Positions 38,201 through 49,593 of a stretch of 54,724 bases of DNA are shown here, one piece after another (position 1 is the stretch's first letter; each line of letters starts with the position of its first letter). Both the position numbers and the translations under genes were made by a program. This stretch comes from Lama guanicoe. Lineage: Eukaryota. The stretch is from positions 434,001 through 488,724 of the forward strand of contig MU053448.1 of the NCBI GenBank assembly GCA_013239625.1, written 5' to 3'. Below the pieces are notes generated by a model. It worked only from the letters and a program-made list of their open reading frames with translations. It did no database searches and was not told where the DNA came from.

Positions 38201-38382
38201 GCTCCCCCAGCAGGCTGGTGTGCCGGGAGCAGCACCGGAGCTGGTGCACCCTGGGCTTCGTGCGCAGCATCGCGCTCACCCCGCACATGTGCGCCGCCCT
38301 CAGCTCCCCGCCCTGGATCGCGCTGCTCACCAAGGTCGTGGAGGGACACGCGCCTTTCACCGCCGCCTCGCTGCAGCGGCAG
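38201..38382 (+). CDS. HERC2: HERC2 exon w23 (CSPSRLVCRE...ASLQRQ); alternative acceptor at 38198
   Basis: ctccagcag|GC...CAG|gtaacc; 182 nt (185 with proximal AG). Confidence 0.9.
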
Positions 38383-38915
38383 GTAACCGTGCTCACCCCT
38401 GCTCCGTGTGCGTGTGCGGGCCCCGGGTCGCCGTAAGAGGTGGTGGCAAGTCCCCCATAGTAATTCGGTGCTTGCGTTCAGCTAGGAGCGCAGAGAACTA
38501 CACAGACCAGCTTCTCCAGAGGCTGTGTGCCTTGATGATGTTAAATTGATAAAGCAGTTAAACTTTAGTTGACTTGCGTTTCTGTGAAGTAAGTTCTGCT
38601 ATCTGCTCTGATCTGCTTCACAGGAGTTGTAGGATAATTGTCTTAAGAAAGAAACTAAAAGGAATTAGTTTTAATTAAATGGGTAACTACCTGTGTAATG
38701 TAGGCATTTTTAACCTACATTTTTTTATTTGTTTTTAACCTCTGGTAATCCATGTTATTCATCAAATTGGATATAATTGTCTGGCTGTAAAATAAAGAAT
38801 ATTAGAGTGATTAATTGCATTACAGGGACAACAACAACAAAAATACAAAGAAAAATAGATCTTTTCTCTCTTAATCTCTGAGGTTATGGTTTTCTTTAAC
38901 ACTCACCTCAATCAG

Positions 38916-39063
38916 ATCTTAGCTGTCCGGTTACTGCAAGCGGTCCTCCCGTCGTGGGACAGGACGGAGAGGGCAAGGGACATGGAGTGCCTGGTGGAGA
39001 AGCTGTTTGGTTTCCTGGGCAGCTTGCTCACTACCTGCTCTTCGGACGTCCCGTTCCTCAGAG
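38916..39063 (+). CDS. HERC2: HERC2 exon w24 (ILAVRLLQAV...DVPFLR)
   Basis: aatcag|ATC...AGAG|gtgggc; 148 nt. Confidence 0.95.
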
Positions 39064-39146
39064 GTGGGCGGCCCTCCCCCTCCCCCACATCCGGGGGTCA
39101 GCGAGCTGGGCGCCACACGGCTCCTCCTTTGTATCTTTCCCCGCAG

Positions 39147-39343
39147 AGTCCACCCTGCGGAGGCGGAGGGCCCGGCCGCAGGCCTCGCTGACGGCCACGC
39201 ATAGCAGCACGCTGGCGGAGGAGGTGGTGGCGCTGCTGCGCACGCTGCACTCCCTAGGCCAGTGGACTGGCCTAGTCAACAAGTACATCAACTCGCAGCT
39301 CCACGCCGTGTCCCACCGCTGCACTGGGAAGCCAGCCGAGGGC
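39147..39343 (+). CDS. HERC2: HERC2 exon w25 (ESTLRRRRAR...GKPAEG)
   Basis: ccgcag|AG...GGC|gtgagt; 197 nt. Confidence 0.94.
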
Positions 39344-39436
39344 GTGAGTGTCGCGCGCCTTTGCACCGCTGCTGGGGTTTTTCTGTAGGATGTTGATTTC
39401 CCTTTGAAATTCCCTTTTTAAAGGTTCTGCATTTTA

Positions 39437-39575
39437 ATTTTTTTGCAGTGGGGAGGTAATTAGATTTATTTACTTATTTATTTATTTAGTTTTCCAGTGG
39501 AAGTACTGGGGATTGAACCCAGGACCTTGTGCATGCTAAGCATGTGCTCTACCACTTGAGCTGTACTCTCCCCCC
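39437..39575 (-). mobile_element. tRNA-Ala-derived SINE (vic-1-like), long form
   Basis: A/B boxes; TSD ttaaaggttctgcatttta (39418-39436) / ttaaacgctgtgcatttta (39576-39594). Confidence 0.9.
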
Positions 39576-39739
39576 TTAAACGCTGTGCATTTTATTCAAA
39601 GATCTGGTTTTAAATACTTTGTTCCTGGAAAAAAAGACTGAAGAAATTAACCTAGAAATGAATTCAGCTTAATTGTAAGTGTAAGAAATGGGTGGCACCC
39701 TGGACTCCGCTCCCCAAGTTTGCTATCTGTCTGCGCTAG

Positions 39740-39970
39740 GCCCTGTTGGAGGACTACTTTCCTGACTCCGAGAACCCAGAGATAGGGGGCCTCATGGCAG
39801 TCCTGGCTGTGATCGGAGGCATCGATGGTCGGTTGCGCCTGGGAGGACAAGTCATGCACGAGGAGTTTGGAGAAGGCACTGTGACTCGCATCACCCCGAA
39901 GGGCAAGATCACCGTGCAGCTCTGTGATATGCGTGCCTGTCGTGTGTGCCCCCTGAATCAGCTGAAGCCA
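39740..39970 (+). CDS. HERC2: HERC2 exon w26 (ALLEDYFPDS...LNQLKP)
   Basis: cgctag|GCC...CCA|gtaggt; 231 nt. Confidence 0.94.
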
Positions 39971-40775
39971 GTAGGTGAACTTGTGTTCAGTTCCTGGGTG
40001 AAGTGGGAAGAACTTGATTCTGGCCATTTATGTCTGCCTTCTAGGACGCCATCCAAATTCAGGAAGCCCGTCTGCCTTTCTTCCTTTGCATCCTGAAGTC
40101 CTGTGGTGAATATGACCTATTTCACAGGATTACATAGATTAGCTCATGTGTCTTATTTTAGCCCAAAAGACATGAAAGGGCATTAGCAACTTAGAAGGTA
40201 CTGGGAAAATATAAGTTAGTTTTAATTATTTTTAAACTGAATTTATGAAATTTATTTTTATCGAACAGCTCAACTTTAAAAAAAAAGGCCTAAAAATGAT
40301 TCCCTTGAAAAATGATCTTTCTTCATGTACAAAATCCATAATTGTATTGAGTGACATGATTTATGTGGCAGCTGATTTCATCTCGAACCTGTGAATTAGG
40401 GATACATAGAGAAAGTGATTTATATCACTTTGACGTAACCCAAGTGTGATCTGACTATATCTTTAAATAAAATACTGTTTTTGATTATTATAGGAATATA
40501 TGCATGTTGCAGAAAATTTGAAATGTGTAGAAATGTGTGATGTCATGATTGCTGACATGCTGGTAAAGAAGAAATTAACTTAGTTTCTATTTACTGTACG
40601 TGTAAGTCTTTATCTTGCCTCCAGTGTCATCTTTTAACATTATTTTCAGACATGAAAAGACTTACAGATATGTGTGGTATTTCAGAATTAAGACTCATAG
40701 TTAAGACAGCTTCCAGAACATTCATTTGCTCTGCTCACTGGACACACGTTGAAGGTTTCTGTGCTCCCTCTTCAG

Positions 40776-40914
40776 CTCCCTGCCGTGGCATTCAGCGTCA
40801 CCAACTTGCCCTTCACTGAGCCCATGCTCTCCGTCTGGGCTCAGTTGGTGAACCTCGCTGGCAGCAAATTGGAAAAGCACAAAATAAAGAAATCACCTAA
40901 GCAGGGTTTTGCAG
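40776..40914 (+). CDS. HERC2: HERC2 exon w27 (LPAVAFSVTN...PKQGFA)
   Basis: cttcag|CTC...GCAG|gtcagt; 139 nt. Confidence 0.95.
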
Positions 40915-41917
40915 GTCAGTACACGCGCTTCTTGATGAAAGAGCTACAATCTTAACTAGTATTATTTGAACAACATCTTGTTTTGTCAGAGCAGGTCTGT
41001 CACTGCCGAAGTCTTTGGGTTCGGATGGACTGAACACTGGTTGAGTGACAGCAGGTGTGGTGATGAGTGTGTGTGACACTAAGAATGATGCCGTGGTGGG
41101 GGTGGCACCCAGAGAATCCCCAGGCCTCCCCACCTCCCAGTGCCAGCGTTTATTCTGAACACACTTTTTGAAGAGAAGTCTGTGTTCTCTCCCTGCACAT
41201 TGACCCCCCAGCCGAGGCCCCCCAGCCTAGTTGCCCTTCGGGAGCTTTGCTCCGGGTCTCGTCACAGCCAGACCCGTCAGGGCCTGTGCATCTGGACCTG
41301 CCTCACTCTGTGTCTGTGGACCATGGCTGCCTGTCTGAGGCCGAGGCCGGCCCTGCTCCGGCCCTGCCTTTGGTTTGGGGCGCTGCTCTCCATTTCCCTG
41401 ACGTTGCCCCTCACGTGTCCTTTCAGAATTCTTCTCCCTGACTGTTGTTTGCACGTTAGAAGTCCTTGTGGTTGCGTCCATCACTTGTGGCTCGTTCTGC
41501 CCACTCTTCTTGAGTTTCCTCACCCATTTCTCCCCAGTCCTGCAATTCCTGCTGCAGCGTCTTACAGTGGATCTCTAGTTCTCATCTCTGGCTGGAGGGC
41601 CAGGTGCATGTAAACCACAGCATGTGCACAGTTCGGCTAACCTTGTCCCTTAGCCATGTTTCCTGTCACAGTGAATAACCGTCTGCTGGGTGTTCGAGCT
41701 CAGTGCCCCAGAGGCACCTCTGGCTCCTCCCATGCCCTCCCGTCCTCATGTCCCCATGCTGTCTTCTGTGGCCTCCAACATGTCCTGCTTTGGAATGCTG
41801 CTGCTGTGGCTAGTCTGGCTCTCCTAGTGGTCTGGCTCCATCTTTGTGGCAGCTTCCCTGGTCTGTTCCTCCGTTGGCCCGTGGACATCACTGCAGTCGT
41901 TTGATTAGATAAGATCC

Positions 41918-42596
41918 TGTTGCCAGTAGATGTAACTGGTGTTCAGGTTCTTGAACCATCCCAGAAAGAATTCCGATGAGACACGGAGGTTAAAGAAAGT
42001 ACAGTGAGGATTTATTCAGGCATAGATAGGGCACTCTCAGGGGAAGAGCGGGCGGGCTCAGGTGAGCGGCTGTGCTGAGTTTCTTTGGCAAGTTGGATAC
42101 ATAGAGTGTAAAAATGAATGGGCAGAATATTCATTAGGAAGTGAATATTCATTAGAAACAGGCAGAATATTCATTAGGAAGTATATCCTGGTTTTCATCC
42201 CAGCTTCACCTTCCAGAGGGGAGGAGGGGTTTTTGTCCTTATTTAGTCTGGATCAGAAGTGTCACGGCATCAGTGCACGATGGGTACCTCTAATCTGCAA
42301 GGCTAATTTTGTTGAAGTGAGCGTATAATGAGTAAAAGGTTACATTGGGACACTGGGGATTCCTGCCTTTTCCCACCTTTCTTTGTCAGCCTCCAGGGCA
42401 CTTGTCACCCCAAAATGTGTGATCACTTATCAGTCCAGAGGTTCCTGCCTTTCTTTTCTACCCAGGGACCCCTGGTGCTTACATGATGTAGGGTTTCCTG
42501 CATTTGGCCCCATGCCCCTCATTTCTGCTCAGTTCCTGCCATTTGGCCTGTGTTCCCCTTTCTCTGCTCATGTCTAGCTGTGTGCCTGCTCTAACA
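41918..42596 (-). mobile_element. Solo LTR, ERV1-like (679 bp)
   Basis: TGTT...AACA termini; 4-bp flanks atcc/gtcc; AATAAA on - strand at 42011-42016; repeated GAATATTCAT motifs. Confidence 0.8.
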
Positions 42597-43018
42597 GTCC
42601 TACAGAGTGCCATGATCTTTGTGAGTTAGAGAACTGTATGTTGTGAGTATCTGACAAAATTGTGTTGTAGGAGTCTTGGCAAGAAAAGGTGAAAATATGT
42701 TATTTATGAGATAGGTGTCTGGGTGAAATTTCAGCGACTTGGGAAACACCTGATCATACTAGAAGTAGCTAACATGGCCCTAACTGTGTTAAACCATTGC
42801 ATCCTCACCTAACTCGAGGTAGCACGTGGCAGGGGAGACCTCAGGGCAGAGGAGGATGCTCACCCACAGCCCAGGGGAAGCCAAGCCCTTCGTCACTGCC
42901 AGGCTTTGGCAAAGTCAGATGGGTCCCTCGAGGCAGCGCCCTCCCCAAGGCCGGACGCTACTAAGGGTGAGAGCCCAAGCAGCCCGCGCCCTTCCTGCTG
43001 AGGCCTTTTCTCCCCCAG

Positions 43019-43162
43019 GACAAGTAGACCTGGACCTGCTAAGGTGCCAGCAGCTGAAGCTGTACATCCTGAAGGCGGGCCGCGCGCTGCTTTCCCACCA
43101 GGACCAGCTCAGGCAGATCCTGTCTCAGCCAGCTGTTCAGGACGCGGCAGCTGCTCACTCAG
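43019..43162 (+). CDS. HERC2: HERC2 exon w28 (GQVDLDLLRC...AAAAHS)
   Basis: ccccag|GA...TCAG|gtgact; 144 nt. Confidence 0.95.
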
Positions 43163-43359
43163 GTGACTTTCTAGGAGCCCTTATAGACCTGTAAGAAAGG
43201 CAGCCAAGAAACACGTACGGGTGGCCCATAAAAGGGGGACTACAGATGGCTTCTACGTGCACAAGGAAGATGTGCCATCAGGCCAGTAACTGATGAAACA
43301 CAGACCACAAGTGAGAAAGACAAAGCCCGAGCGGAGGGAGGGAAAAAGTGCTCTGCTGC

Positions 43360-43495
43360 CTTGATGGTCAAAATGTGGCCCCAGGACCGGCAGCGACGGT
43401 GGCAGCTTGTTAGAGGTGTGGGCCCTCGGGCCGCATCCCAGACCTAAGAAGTCAGGATCCGCATTTTAAGTAAGGCTCTCGGTGCACACGAAGTG
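43360..43495 (+). mobile_element. MER5A-like hAT element
   Basis: caaaatgtggccccaggaccggcagc...gcttgttaga...cccagaccta...gcattttaa. Confidence 0.6.
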
Positions 43496-43504
43496 GGGCT
43501 CCTC

Positions 43505-43995
43505 TGACACTCTGCTGGGGGGATTAAGTTGGTACAGCCGTCTGCTGGGCATCTGAGGACATGCTAGACTTTAAAATGCACGTGCACACGTATCTATATC
43601 TGTACGTCCACTGATTAGCAAGTTATCTTGTGGGAATTGATCACATGGAAAGGCACAAAGAAATGTGTTTATAGATGCTCGTTGTGGCTTTTTTGGTCTG
43701 TCTTGTGTTTATGCTGAAAACTGGAGATGCCTCAACGTCCATCATTAGGCGGTGTACTGGAACGGTAGTACACCGAGGTGCTATTCACAGTGATGGTACC
43801 TGTGTATGCCCCTTACCCATCGAAATGTGAAAATGATTGTAAAAAACACATTGCTGTGTATGTATATCTGTTTGCAGATTTTCCATAGAGAGTGACAGTA
43901 GAATTTCAGCTGACTTTATTTTCTTAGTACTTTTCTGTATGGCTTTAGTGTTCTAGAATGAGCTCATATTATTTTGAATAGGAAAAAACCCAAAG
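43505..43995 (+). mobile_element. Old L1 (L1ME-like) 3' fragment
   Basis: cactctgctggggg...aagttggtacagcc...gaaaactggaga...tccatca, A-rich end. Confidence 0.5.
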
Positions 43996-44514
43996 CTATG
44001 AAAAAATTTTGGACTATCTACTGTTGAAAGACATTGTGCTAAATATTATGGGCAACCAGACAGTCCTCGTTTATGGTTTTTTTTACTCTTTGGAGTCAGG
44101 GTGGGGAGAGAAAATGAAGGCAGGTAGCTCTATCCAAGGTACACGCTCGTGTGCTGTGAGATGTCTGAGCACAGTTCCACACGTGTCCCGGGGATGCTGG
44201 CAGCGGAGGGCTGGGCGCCTTTGAGGGGTGAGGCAGGCCCTGGTTGTAGGGTGATGAGGAGTCCCTGTCTCCTCCTGGGGGAGGAGACGGCAGCACAGGC
44301 ATGATCAGTGAGTATTTGGGTACTGAGCTTGGCAAGGAGCTCAGGGTTTATAAGTGATCATAGGGCTAAAGCTGGAGAGGTCAGTTAAATCGTGCCCAGG
44401 GAATTGGGTTGGCTGTTCTGTGGTCACCCTGGTGAGTAGCTGTGGCAGCGTTGAATCGGGGTTACCATCCCATTCTCAGGGCAGAGCGAGGGCTCCAGAT
44501 GGAGCTGTCCAGCA

Positions 44515-44708
44515 CAGGGCTTGACAGACGACCACAGCCACCTGTTTTATCAAGCTTTATAGAAACACAGCCATGCCTTCCTGTTTACATGTCATCTCTG
44601 GCCACTTTCACACTTCAGTGGCCGAGTTGGAGTGGCTGTGACAGACCCTGTGGTCAGTAAGCCTACACTGTTTACTCTCTCATGCTTCAAAAAGATTTAC
44701 AACCCCTG
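44515..44708 (+). mobile_element. MER58A-like hAT-Charlie element
   Basis: caggg...cctgtttt...aaacacagccatgcc...gagttggagtggctgtgacaga...acccctg. Confidence 0.7.
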
Positions 44709-45129
44709 GTTGAGAGGGTTAGTTGAAATTGTATCATTTGGGCCCGGGGCAAAGGAGAAGTGCCAGACACCTCACCCAGAGCTGCTCAGATGAAGACAGT
44801 AGACATCGCTCTGAGCACATGACACATTGGGAATTGGTGTCAGTTTATGGTGTGAACAAGGGCCATGGCGCACACTTGGGAGTGTTCAGAGCCGGGACTT
44901 CTGAAGCAGTGAGTGCTCACCCAGGCAGAGAAGGGACTCGAACTGGACCAAGAGCAGAAGTCTGGGAGGTCGCTTTGGTTGGCTCTAAAGAGACAGACAG
45001 AAGAACTAAGGACAGACAGAGGCCAGAAAGCAGGGAGTGGAAAAAGCCTTGAAGATTTTGGTTGATGAGGTAGCAATCATATCTGGTTTAACATTCTCAA
45101 TGCAGTGTTTAAAAAAAAAACAGATTTCT

Positions 45130-45290
45130 TCTGTATAACACAGGGAGCTATATTCAATGTCTCATAATAACCTTTAATGAAGAAGAATGTGAAAATGAAT
45201 GTATGTGTTGATACACATGACTGGGACTTTGTGCTGTACACCAGAAATTGACAAACTGTAACTGACTGTACTTCAATTAAAAAAAAAAGA
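45130..45290 (+). mobile_element. Young L1 3' end, sense orientation, about 65 bp upstream of exon w29
   Basis: ctgtataacacagggagctatattcaat...gtgctgtacaccagaaattgac...actgactgtacttcaattaaaaaaaaaa. Confidence 0.8.
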
Positions 45291-45356
45291 TAAAATAGTA
45301 AAGAAATGTTTGTGGTTGAAAATGCAGTGTCATTCGTATTTTGTTTTTAAATTCAG

Positions 45357-45499
45357 ATGATGGAGCAGCTGCGTCCCCTGACCTTGGTGACATGTCTCCT
45401 GAAGGCCCGCAGCCCCCAATGATCCTCTTACAGCAGTTATTGGCCTCAGCCACCCAACCGTCTCCAGTGAAGGCCATATTTGACAAACAGGAGCTTGAG
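45357..45499 (+). CDS. HERC2: HERC2 exon w29 (DDGAAASPDL...DKQELE)
   Basis: attcag|AT...GAG|gtacag; 143 nt. Confidence 0.95.
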
Positions 45500-48303
45500 G
45501 TACAGTCAGTAGTAGCCTTGGCAGTTTTTATCCAGCACACTAGATTGTCAGCATTTTTTTTTTTTGGTGGATGTGTAGGTAGATTTCCTTAAGGATATAG
45601 TCTGAATTTTAAATAATAGGTCAAAATAATTCTTATGACTAGGTAGGTTTTAAGCATGTTTGTCATAGAATGTTACAATACTGGTTAAAGAATGAGTTAA
45701 AGTTTAATCTTATTTTGAATTTCTGTGAATTATTTGAAAAAATCAGCTGGATTCAGCATGGGTTCATCGCTCAAGTGTTCTTGGAGGAATCTTTTCCCAG
45801 GCAACAGTGTCGTTGAAAGAGCCCCATTAAACCTAGGAATGTGGCACTTGCTGGTTTGTCTCACTCATGCCAAAGCCTTTCCTGAGCATGCTCTGTTGAA
45901 ACCAGGCTCTCAGTCTGCACCCTGTTTCCAAGCATGTGCTGCACTGCATACTCGGGGGTGGACTGTGGGCATCTTCCTGCTGAAGAGAGGACATCTGACC
46001 AGGTCTAAGCATGATGGGGACATCCATGGCCCACCACATGGAGGACTAGATTTTTTTTTTTAAATCCTTCTTGCTGGGCAGTCCATCAGAAATTCTGGAC
46101 AAAGTATCAAAGACAAAAATAAAACCTTGAGAGCTCAATTTGGCAGCTAGAAAACACCCTAGTAGAGATCCGCAGAGACCAAGACCCTACATGGAGCCAG
46201 GATCCAGAGCGAGGAAGTGACGGGTGCAGAGGAAGAAGGCGGGAAATGCTGGGCACGGGGGCAGCTGGAGAGGAGGGTGCAGGGCCTTCTGTGACCCCCA
46301 CCGAGTGCCAGCTGCTCGTCAGGTCTGAACACCTGAGGTGAGAGGCTGGGTTAAAGTCGCCCAAGCCCCTGCCGGGTGTTTTTTCCTGTCCTGCCCTCCT
46401 GTTCCTTTCTGAGGCTGCTGCTGTCATCTGGGGATTGCTTGTGAGTTTCTGTTTGAGTCTCTTGGCTCACTGTATGGAGCTGTTTTAAAGGTCAGGTGTG
46501 CGGCTTCACTGGGTCTCATCTGCTGTAAACCGTCCAGGAAATCCTTTACACTTTCAGATCTCATGTTTCCATTTGTTTCTTGTGTTACAGTTTTTCAGGT
46601 CTCCTGACAGTTCTCATCTCTTCACCCTTTCTATCTGTCACTTAAAACACATTTAACCCTTGATACCTGTACATTTGAAAACATATTTCTGATTGTTACA
46701 TTAAATTTCTTACTTGCTAATTCTGACACTTGGGCCACTCATCGGTCTGCTACTAATTGGTTTCCCCTCCTGGATATAGTCAGTTACTGGTTCTACGTCT
46801 TCACATGTCTGAACAATGTTACTGTGTCCTGCATGGTTTGGATATTACGTTGTATGGACTCTAGTTCTGTCACCATCCTCTGAAGAATGTGTAATTTTAT
46901 TTTTGCAGACAGTTCAGTGCCTGGCAGTTTTCCTCAGTCCTTTGGAGGCTTGATTCTAGACTTTCTAGTGACACTTTATTTTTGTTTTGCCCTCAGTCCT
47001 GGTTCCTAGTCTCTAATTCTATGGGATTTACAATGTCTTCTGAGGTTTCAGTGGAAACCTCTACATCATGACCACTGTGCTCAAATGTGGTTGGACTGGG
47101 ACCTCGTGCCGTCTCCCTAGCCCTGGGCCTGCCCACAGTTCCTTTATGCTGGGCTCAGCTTTGTGGTCAGCCAAGGAATCACGGGTAGTCTGCGTGTGCA
47201 CTTTGTGGTCCTCCCCCACCCTGCTTGCTCCGGCAGGCCCCTGGCTGCAGTCCAGGAGCACCGCCCCTGTCACGGCTTGCCCCGCGCCTGCCTGTGGTCA
47301 GGGTCACACTGTCCTTGTTTTCTCCAGGGCCTGTCTTCAAACTGTTTTTTAAAAATACTCTTGTCGGGAATTCACAATTATTATCAGCAGAGGCTTAGTC
47401 CAGTCCACTTCTTACTACCAGATCCAGCACTTGTAGCTCAATCTGGTTCTGAATTACAAGCTTTTAGGATGAAGCCTGTCACTTCTGAGTTGTTCAGACT
47501 TCACAGCAAAACCCTAGGATTTTGATACTGCCTAAGCCCTGGAAGGCTCACTGGTGTCTTCTATTTCTTCCTAATACCTTCCTCACGTGGTCAGTTTAAA
47601 ACAAACAGTGAGTCTCAGCTCCATGAGAAGAAGAGCGGATGAGCAGGGAGTTTCACGTGGTTCAGGGAGGGGGCGAGGCGTCCAGAGGCAGGCAGTCTCC
47701 AGCTGCAGGCCCCGGTGAAGCATGGATTCATCAAATCATTGCAATTTGCTTCCCAGTATTCTTTAGTCCCCTTATTTTTTTATACCATGTTTAACCCCCA
47801 GAGAGGTTGTGTTACTCCTCAGTAGGTGGGGGTTGATTTGGTGGCACATGAGGTGGCTCTGTGCTGTCTGTGGCCTGTCCTACAGAGGGAAGAGAGCGGG
47901 TGACTGTGGGCACAGCTTGGTCATGGGGAAGGGAGGGGTCCCCTTCTCCTGCCTCCTCGAGCCCCTCACTCTGCATTCACTCCCTCAGCTTCTTGCCACT
48001 CAGAGCTCAGATTTCAGGGCTGTGAAATCTCCTTAACGGACTTCGATATTTGGCTAATTCAGTAGGTAGGTTCTGTATGCACCGAAGCTTTTTAACCATC
48101 ACATTTTTCCTCTGCATTAAATTAGGAAAATTGGTTCTATCCTTGTTAACATGTTTTATCCATACATTTAAGAGTACCCAGTAGGCCTGGGTATAGAAAT
48201 ACACTTTGCATTGCAGTTCAGAGTGGTCGTCTGTAATTTCCATTTTCCTAGACTTCCTGCTCCCCCTGACTGATGGCCCCTGGCTCCGCTCTCGTTTGCC
48301 CAG

Positions 48304-48571
48304 GCCGCCGCGCTGGCTGTGTGTCAGTGTTTGGCTGTGGAGTCCACGCACCCAGCGAGCCCCGTGTTTGAAGACTGCAGCTCCAGTGGGGCCACCACGC
48401 CTGTCCCAGTGCCGCACATCCGCCCCATCAGAGCGAAGAAGCACAAGCCGTCGCCTGGTCCTGCTCTGCCCATTGTGGTCCAGCTCATGGAAATGGGATT
48501 CCCTAGAAGGAACATAGAGTTTGCACTCAAGTCACTCACGGGCGCCTCTGGGAATGCTGCGGGCTTGCCAG
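48304..48571 (+). CDS. HERC2: HERC2 exon w30, includes UBA-like domain start (AAALAVCQCL...QLMEMGFPRRNIEFALKSL...AAGLP)
   Basis: gcccag|GCC...CCAG|gtactg; 268 nt; UBA MGF motif. Confidence 0.95.
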
Positions 48572-48715
48572 GTACTGCGTTTTCCTCAGGAGTGTTCGAC
48601 TTCACGTGCCCACCCATTTGTTCGTAGGCCTCCTGGGAAGTGCGGCCGTCAGAGGCCGCGTGCGCAGCTGGGTGTGTGGTCCTCACCGTAGGGCGCCGTG
48701 TGTGCTTGCTCCTAG

Positions 48716-48852
48716 GCGTGGAGGCCTTGGTTGGGTGGCTACTGGACCACGCTGACGTGCAGGTCACGGATCTCTCGGACGCAGACACGGGGTCTGAAGA
48801 GTGTTCAGACGAGGAGGTGGTGGAGGATGTGGATGACACGGTCTACGCTGTG
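48716..48852 (+). CDS. HERC2: HERC2 exon w31 (GVEALVGWLL...DTVYAV)
   Basis: tcctag|GC...GTG|gtcagt; 137 nt. Confidence 0.94.
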
Positions 48853-49058
48853 GTCAGTGCCTCCCTCGTGCCATCTGTCCTGAGCTCTGGTTTCCTCTGC
48901 TCCGCCTCACGGGGCCCTTCTGGTTCTGCCAGGCACATGGGGAGATTCCTAATTGCTACCTGGGTTTTCTGTGCCTTTATTACTTTTAGCTTTGAAACAG
49001 ACCCTTGTTCTAACATCAAATGATGGGTAGCCATGAGAGGAGATGTTATTAAAAAAAA

Positions 49059-49146
49059 TTTTTTTTTAAATAGAGGTACTGGGGATTGAACCCAGGACCT
49101 TGTGCATACTAAGCACGCACTCTACCTCTGAGCTATACCCTCCCCC
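49059..49146 (-). mobile_element. tRNA-Ala-derived SINE (vic-1-like), short form
   Basis: Reverse complement GGGGGAGGGTATAGCTCAGAGGTAGAG...GGTCCTGGGTTCAATCCCCAGTACCTC plus A tail. Confidence 0.9.
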
Positions 49147-49293
49147 TTGAAAAAAATCATTATTTATATGACACATTGACTTCTGACTTGAGTAAGTTGT
49201 TCCACAGGATTCATTTGGAAATGCCTCAAATTTTTTGTGCTTTGAGCTTTTGAGGTTATGTCTGCTTACTATGCTGTTGCTATTAATCTTTTT

Positions 49294-49343
49294 CTTTAAC
49301 CGTTTTTTATTGAGTTGTAGTCATTTTACAATGTTGTGTCAAA
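49294..49343 (-). mobile_element. 50-bp extreme 5'-truncated L1 3' end
   Basis: ttttttattgagttgtagtcattttacaatgttgtgtcaaa; perfect 17-bp TSD ttgctattaatcttttt (49277-49293 / 49344-49360). Confidence 0.85.
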
Positions 49344-49494
49344 TTGCTATTAATCTTTTTAAAATGAAGAATTTTACAGTGAAAACATAGCATAATATTT
49401 CACACTTTCTTTTTAATATTAGAAGTTTCACACACTTCTTTTTAAGTAGTTTTAGCTGGTTCACCATTTTAAAAAATGTGTTTCTCTTTTGTAG

Positions 49495-49593
49495 TCTACT
49501 GGTGCTGTCGTAACCGAGAGCCAGACTTACAAAAAACGAGCTGATTTCCTGAGTAACGATGATTATGCAGTCTATGTGAGAGAGAATATTCAG
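49495..49593 (+). CDS. HERC2: HERC2 exon w32, start of CPH domain (STGAVVTESQ...RADFLSNDDYAVYVRENIQ)
   Basis: ttgtag|TCT...CAG|gtgagt; 99 nt. Confidence 0.95.

Noticed and set aside
48324..48839. 171-aa antisense ORF (and similar ORFs at 21841-22434 and 37134-37613)
   Set aside because: These are shadows of coding exons, repeat remnants or low-complexity TG tracts, with no independent coding evidence.
49059..49146. tRNA-Ala gene (also the other SINE heads)
   Set aside because: A-rich tails, TSDs, many diverged copies and imperfect stems indicate SINEs, not tRNA genes.
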